A stretch of 10,206 nt of DNA from Amoebidium appalachense (taxonomy: Eukaryota > Protista > Ichthyosporea). Position numbers and translations under genes: made by a program. Of this stretch, positions 7,115 to 10,206 are shown piece after piece. The notes below the pieces were generated by a model, which was not told the origin of the DNA, ran no database searches, and saw nothing but the letters and a program-made list of their open reading frames with translations. The stretch lies in the NCBI GenBank assembly GCA_963693365.1, contig CAVNZM010000090.1:1-10206 (forward strand), read 5' to 3'. The stretch's first letter is position 1, and every line of letters begins with the position of its first letter.

Positions 7115-7127
7115 TGGTAGCATGAAC
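7115..7127 (+). other. TRIM primer-binding site, initiator-Met type
   Basis: TGGTAGCATGAAC directly after the 5' LTR. TGGTAGC is complementary to the ...GCUACCA 3' end of fungal and animal tRNA-iMet. Confidence 0.75.
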
Positions 7128-7186
7128 AGAGGTTCAGTGGGGACTGAGGGGGCAGTCCACCCTAACCTGATTCTGCGATTCGTCCT

Positions 7187-7195
7187 GAGTGGGGA
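7187..7195 (+). other. TRIM polypurine tract
   Basis: GAGTGGGGA immediately before TGTTGG of the 3' LTR. Confidence 0.75.
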
Positions 7196-7485
7196 TGTTG
7201 GAAGATGGTATCGTTATCCAGTCCGATCGCATGAATCAGATCATGATCGGCTGGTGGCCTGCGAGATCTTAACCGATCTCGTAGCACAGTTGGTAGAGCA
7301 CTCGACCGGAGATAGAGGGGTCGCGGGTTCAAATCCCGTCGGGATCATCTTTTTTCTCATCCTCTCCTCGCTGGGGTAAAAGCCAGCACGCCTTTACTGG
7401 CGTCATCACAACCATCGGCAGTGGTTAGGTTGTGATCTCAAGGCTAGCAAGATCGCTAGTCTCTGCACCAGGACAAAATCCAAAA
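7196..7485 (+). repeat. TRIM 3' LTR (290 bp)
   Basis: Direct repeat of 6825-7114 at an offset of 371 bp. Confidence 0.92.
7275..7347 (+). tRNA. Second tRNA-like copy (GGA), more degenerate
   Basis: Same as 6904-6976 except T>A at 7286, which breaks a D-stem pair in the A box, and T>C at 7307, which removes the near-invariant U33. Confidence 0.8.
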
Positions 7486-7716
7486 TCTCCGAATATTTTT
7501 AGTTGTGTGAAGTAAGATTTACGTTTAACTGCAATTGGTGTGTTAAACACGTTTATTTGTGTGCTTTAGTGCAAGTTTACTAGCCACTCAACGTGCACAG
7601 TTAACTTTTATATCTTTAACGACTTGTTTTCATTGTGCTCTCTTTTCGGCTATGCTGCCAGTGTACATGGCCCACCACCAGGGTGCACACGAGGCCACCA
7701 TGAGGTGGCCAACAAC

Positions 7717-7724
7717 TATATAAA
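7717..7724 (+). promoter_or_regulatory. TATA-box-like TATATAAA
   Basis: Consensus match, preceded by a 7-bp inverted repeat GGCCACC-ATGA-GGTGGCC (7693-7710). Confidence 0.3.
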
Positions 7725-7815
7725 GCAGTGCCTCCCATGTCACAAACATGGGAAGCAGAACGTTTGATTTACACTTTTCTACTGTCGTATTCAGTGCACA
7801 AAACACATAGACTAG

Positions 7816-8085
7816 TTACCCATCATACACGAAACTATATCTGATAACTTACAGTTGCAGCAACTAGTCCAACTACTGGAGCAGAGGTTGGCCTCACAAG
7901 ATGCAATCATTTCTGACTTACAGAAGGAACAACGTGCACTAGAACTAGCTTCTATGAAGTTTCCACAATGTTCAACAGTTGCCCCCCCCCCCCCCCCCCC
8001 ACCCACCCCAAATAAATATTCCCTTCCTTCCACCCTAAAACATGCAACTCACCAGCTTGCCCATGATCTTCACAACGTATCATGA
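7816..8085 (+). CDS. Possible short coiled-coil/polyproline exon or gene remnant, unknown function
   Basis: Open frame reading LQQLVQLLEQRLASQDAIISDLQKEQRALELA, which is heptad-like. The polyproline comes from a C19 run at 7982-8000. No clear ATG start. Confidence 0.25.
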   Translation, partial: LPIIHETISDNLQLQQLVQLLEQRLASQDAIISDLQKEQRALELASMKFPQCSTVAPPPPPPPTPNKYSLPSTLKHATHQLAHDLHNVS

Positions 8086-8606
8086 TGGGCCCTCCTGCGG
8101 CGTCACCGAAAACAGTAGGGGGGTCACGGTTGTGCTGTTGGCGTCAATGTGCAGCGCACTGAGCAGCTCCACAAGGTGTGCAACACACGTGTCTGCATCT
8201 AGGACCGCCTTGCATGGCATGTGCATTTGTCTTGCTGCCCATGCTCGGCAGGCCCAGCGGAAGCACGTGGGGCGGGGAGGCCTTGGCGTCGGCAGCGTAT
8301 GACCCTACCAACACTTCTCTGCCGTTGTCTTCCACCACGGCCAACCGCAACTGTGCCAGTGAATCATAATACATGATCACTACACAAACACACACATACA
8401 TAATGCAGCATAGTGTCAAAAACCCGATATTCCCATTATACATCAAACCACCATCCACGAAACAGCTTGTTCAAACACCGAAACCTATGTCCTGTGGAAA
8501 CAAACCGTGTGTGCATAAATTGAAAGACACAGACAATGTGCAACATGCACTGTGACACCGGGGCTGATGCTGCCAGCATGCCTTGAAAAGTATCTTTCTT
8601 GGCCCA

Positions 8607-8990
8607 CTAGGGGGCAGATTGTGCACTGTCATCCACCGCCCTACCCTCTTCCGATCCACGACCGTTCTTCTTCTCTCCTTTCTCATTTCCCTTATCTCCC
8701 TCCTCTTGCTCACCCTCCTCCCGCTCTTTCTCTCCTCCATCCTCCTGTTCTGAGTCACTTCCATCATCATCATCCTCTTCCTTGTCGTGGCGGGATCCCT
8801 CCTGTGCTCGTGCCTCCTCCATGTCGCTACCCTTCGAGTCATCACTCGCATCACTGGCACTCACGACATGTTCAGCAATCGACAGCTTAGCGGCGGGCTT
8901 TCTGGATGTGATCTGGACTCGTTTGCCGGTTTCTTGGGTGTGGGTTGTGGGTCCGGTATCGAACTGTCCGCTTAGCCTACTTTTTTCTTT
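8607..8990 (-). CDS. Acidic low-complexity exon of an unknown spliced gene or pseudogene (boundaries approximate)
   Basis: The frame is open upstream of ORF 8607-8864 (SGQFDTGPTTHTQETGKRVQITSRKPAAKL...) and runs into a D/E/G/K-rich tract with strong purine bias, ending at TAG. Confidence 0.4.
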   Translation of the reverse strand, partial: KEKSRLSGQFDTGPTTHTQETGKRVQITSRKPAAKLSIAEHVVSASDASDDSKGSDMEEARAQEGSRHDKEEDDDDGSDSEQEDGGEKEREEGEQEEGDKGNEKGEKKNGRGSEEGRAVDDSAQSAP

Positions 8991-9384
8991 GCATCGCTGA
9001 ACCCAGTAAGGGTCTCAATGAAGTCCACAAAACCAGACATTGTGCGACCCTGTGAGATAATGTTGTTAGATGGGCTACGAGATAACAATGAATGTGACAT
9101 GCTGCTTTTTTTTTTTTTAGTTTGTATGTTTTTGGGCTGGAGGTGGGTGGGTGGGAGAGACTCTTTCAACCTCCTGGCAACATAGACCTGTGTCAGAAAA
9201 TCGAGGGATCTGCATCAATTTCAACACTTTTTTTTCCCGTTCGTTTACATCCTAAATTATACCCTCGGAATGGCTACCGGTATAAGTTTTCAACACATAG
9301 CCCAGTAGCCAATTTTTGATAGGGGCGTTTACAAGTTTCTTTAAGGTGTGATAATTTACACTCTATAGTGATATGTAAGCTTAC

Positions 9385-9513
9385 CTTCTTCGAGTCGGCA
9401 TCTGCAGTGGCGTCCCCGTCATCCCCCTCCGTCAACAAATACAGGAGTGCTTTGCACACCCAATGGTCCTGCTTTGGTTTGTAGCCCGCAGCTGTAATTT
9501 TATTCCAGAACTG
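9385..9513 (-). CDS. Internal exon (43 codons, QFWNKITAAG...DADSKK) of an unknown spliced gene
   Basis: Flanked by acceptor TACTCTTCAG and donor AAG|GTAAGC. Open and in frame with the upstream exon 9544-9641. Confidence 0.5.
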
Positions 9514-9543
9514 CTGAAGAGTAAACAATTACGTGAACCTTAC

Positions 9544-9641
9544 CGACATGGGATCCGAGCAGAGCGTGTACTTCTGCATGAGGTAATCGAAAGCGGTGGT
9601 GCAGTCGATGCCGGGAGAGGTGTGCAAGTCTAGGAATGGCC
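9544..9641 (-). CDS. Internal exon (PFLDLHTSPG...CSDPMS) of the same unknown gene
   Basis: Acceptor CTTTTCATTGCAG ends at 9642 and donor GTAAGG starts at 9543. Open frame and GC-richer than its flanks. Confidence 0.5.
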
Positions 9642-9759
9642 CTGCAATGAAAAGTATGAGAAACAACACCAATATAAATTATGTTTCAGAGGGAGAAACG
9701 TGTACATGATGATGTTTGTGTGTACATGAATATCTTCGGTTACAACTGTGTTTTCGTGT

Positions 9760-9862
9760 TCGTGTTTTCTGTCCTGCTTTCTTTTCTTTTTCCTCCTTCT
9801 TCTTCTTTCTTTTCTCTTTCTTTTCTCCCTTGTTTTCTTTCACATAATTATACTTCTTTCTC
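9760..9862 (+). repeat. Pyrimidine-rich (T/C) low-complexity tract
   Basis: Runs of TTTTC and TTC. Confidence 0.75.
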
Positions 9863-10206
9863 ACTAATATACGTTGAGTAGGTTTGTATTACTCGTTATG
9901 TTTTGATTGGTAGGAAAACACTTAGGCTACACTTTAGCTTGTCATGTATGATTCATAGCTTAGTCAGCCACTTTTATTTTGTGTGTTGCCGTACTGTATC
10001 CAATCAGTAGACTTAGTCAGAAAATGTCTGAGTCTTTGTAGCCGGTGATAGGTTAGAAACATCACCTCTTTCCTCGTTACTTTTCACCTCATTACTTTCT
10101 TATAGCTGTGACAAAATAAGGAGCCATCTCAGTAGGTGGCAGCAACGCAACTCGCATTTGGCACATGCACGTCGAGGTACCAACGTCTGACTCATATACC
10201 TACACT

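Larger units (their letters stand above)
6825..7485 (+). mobile_element. TRIM (miniature non-autonomous LTR retrotransposon, 661 bp) with a tRNA-like gene in each LTR
   Basis: Two 290-bp direct repeats (6825-7114 and 7196-7485, 3 substitutions) starting TGTTGGA and ending TCCAAAA. The 81-bp internal region starts with PBS TGGTAGC and ends with PPT GAGTGGGGA. TCTC flanks both sides (6821-6824 and 7486-7489). Confidence 0.88.

Noticed and set aside
6802-7379. Duplicated 68/85-aa ORFs; also the reading as a simple tandem tRNA array
   Set aside because: The ORFs run through the tRNA cloverleaf. The PBS, PPT, TG start and TSD explain the duplication as LTRs.
9679-9881. Lys-rich and Phe-rich ORFs
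   Set aside because: Artefacts of the pyrimidine low-complexity tract.

Overview
This is a eukaryotic, transposon-dense window with nested insertions; the organism cannot be identified from the sequence. (1) A complete, apparently very young, non-autonomous LTR retroelement lies on the minus strand at 1047-4551. It has two 607-bp LTRs that look identical, TG...CA ends, a 5-bp TACAC target-site duplication (TSD) and a polypurine tract (PPT). It encodes only an intact Gag with a CCHC zinc knuckle and has no pol. It lacks a canonical TGG primer-binding site (PBS); the PBS position can instead pair with a segment inside its own LTR, as in self-priming elements, and also resembles the complement of a tRNA-Ala 5' end. 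(2) This element interrupts an AT-rich sequence studded with TATTG-N-CAATA palindromes that ends in CCACGGGG at 4823, probably a DNA-transposon end. (3) A 5'-truncated Ty1/copia RT-RNase H pseudogene follows at ~4835-6351, with one in-frame stop and one frameshift, then PPT-like tracts. (4) A 661-bp miniature LTR element (TRIM) lies at 6825-7485. Each of its 290-bp LTRs carries a 73-nt tRNA-like gene with an anomalous GGA anticodon, and it has an initiator-Met-type PBS, a PPT and a 4-bp TCTC TSD. (5) The right-hand 2.5 kb holds fragments of a probably degraded, spliced minus-strand gene of unknown function, including a 30-nt intron.
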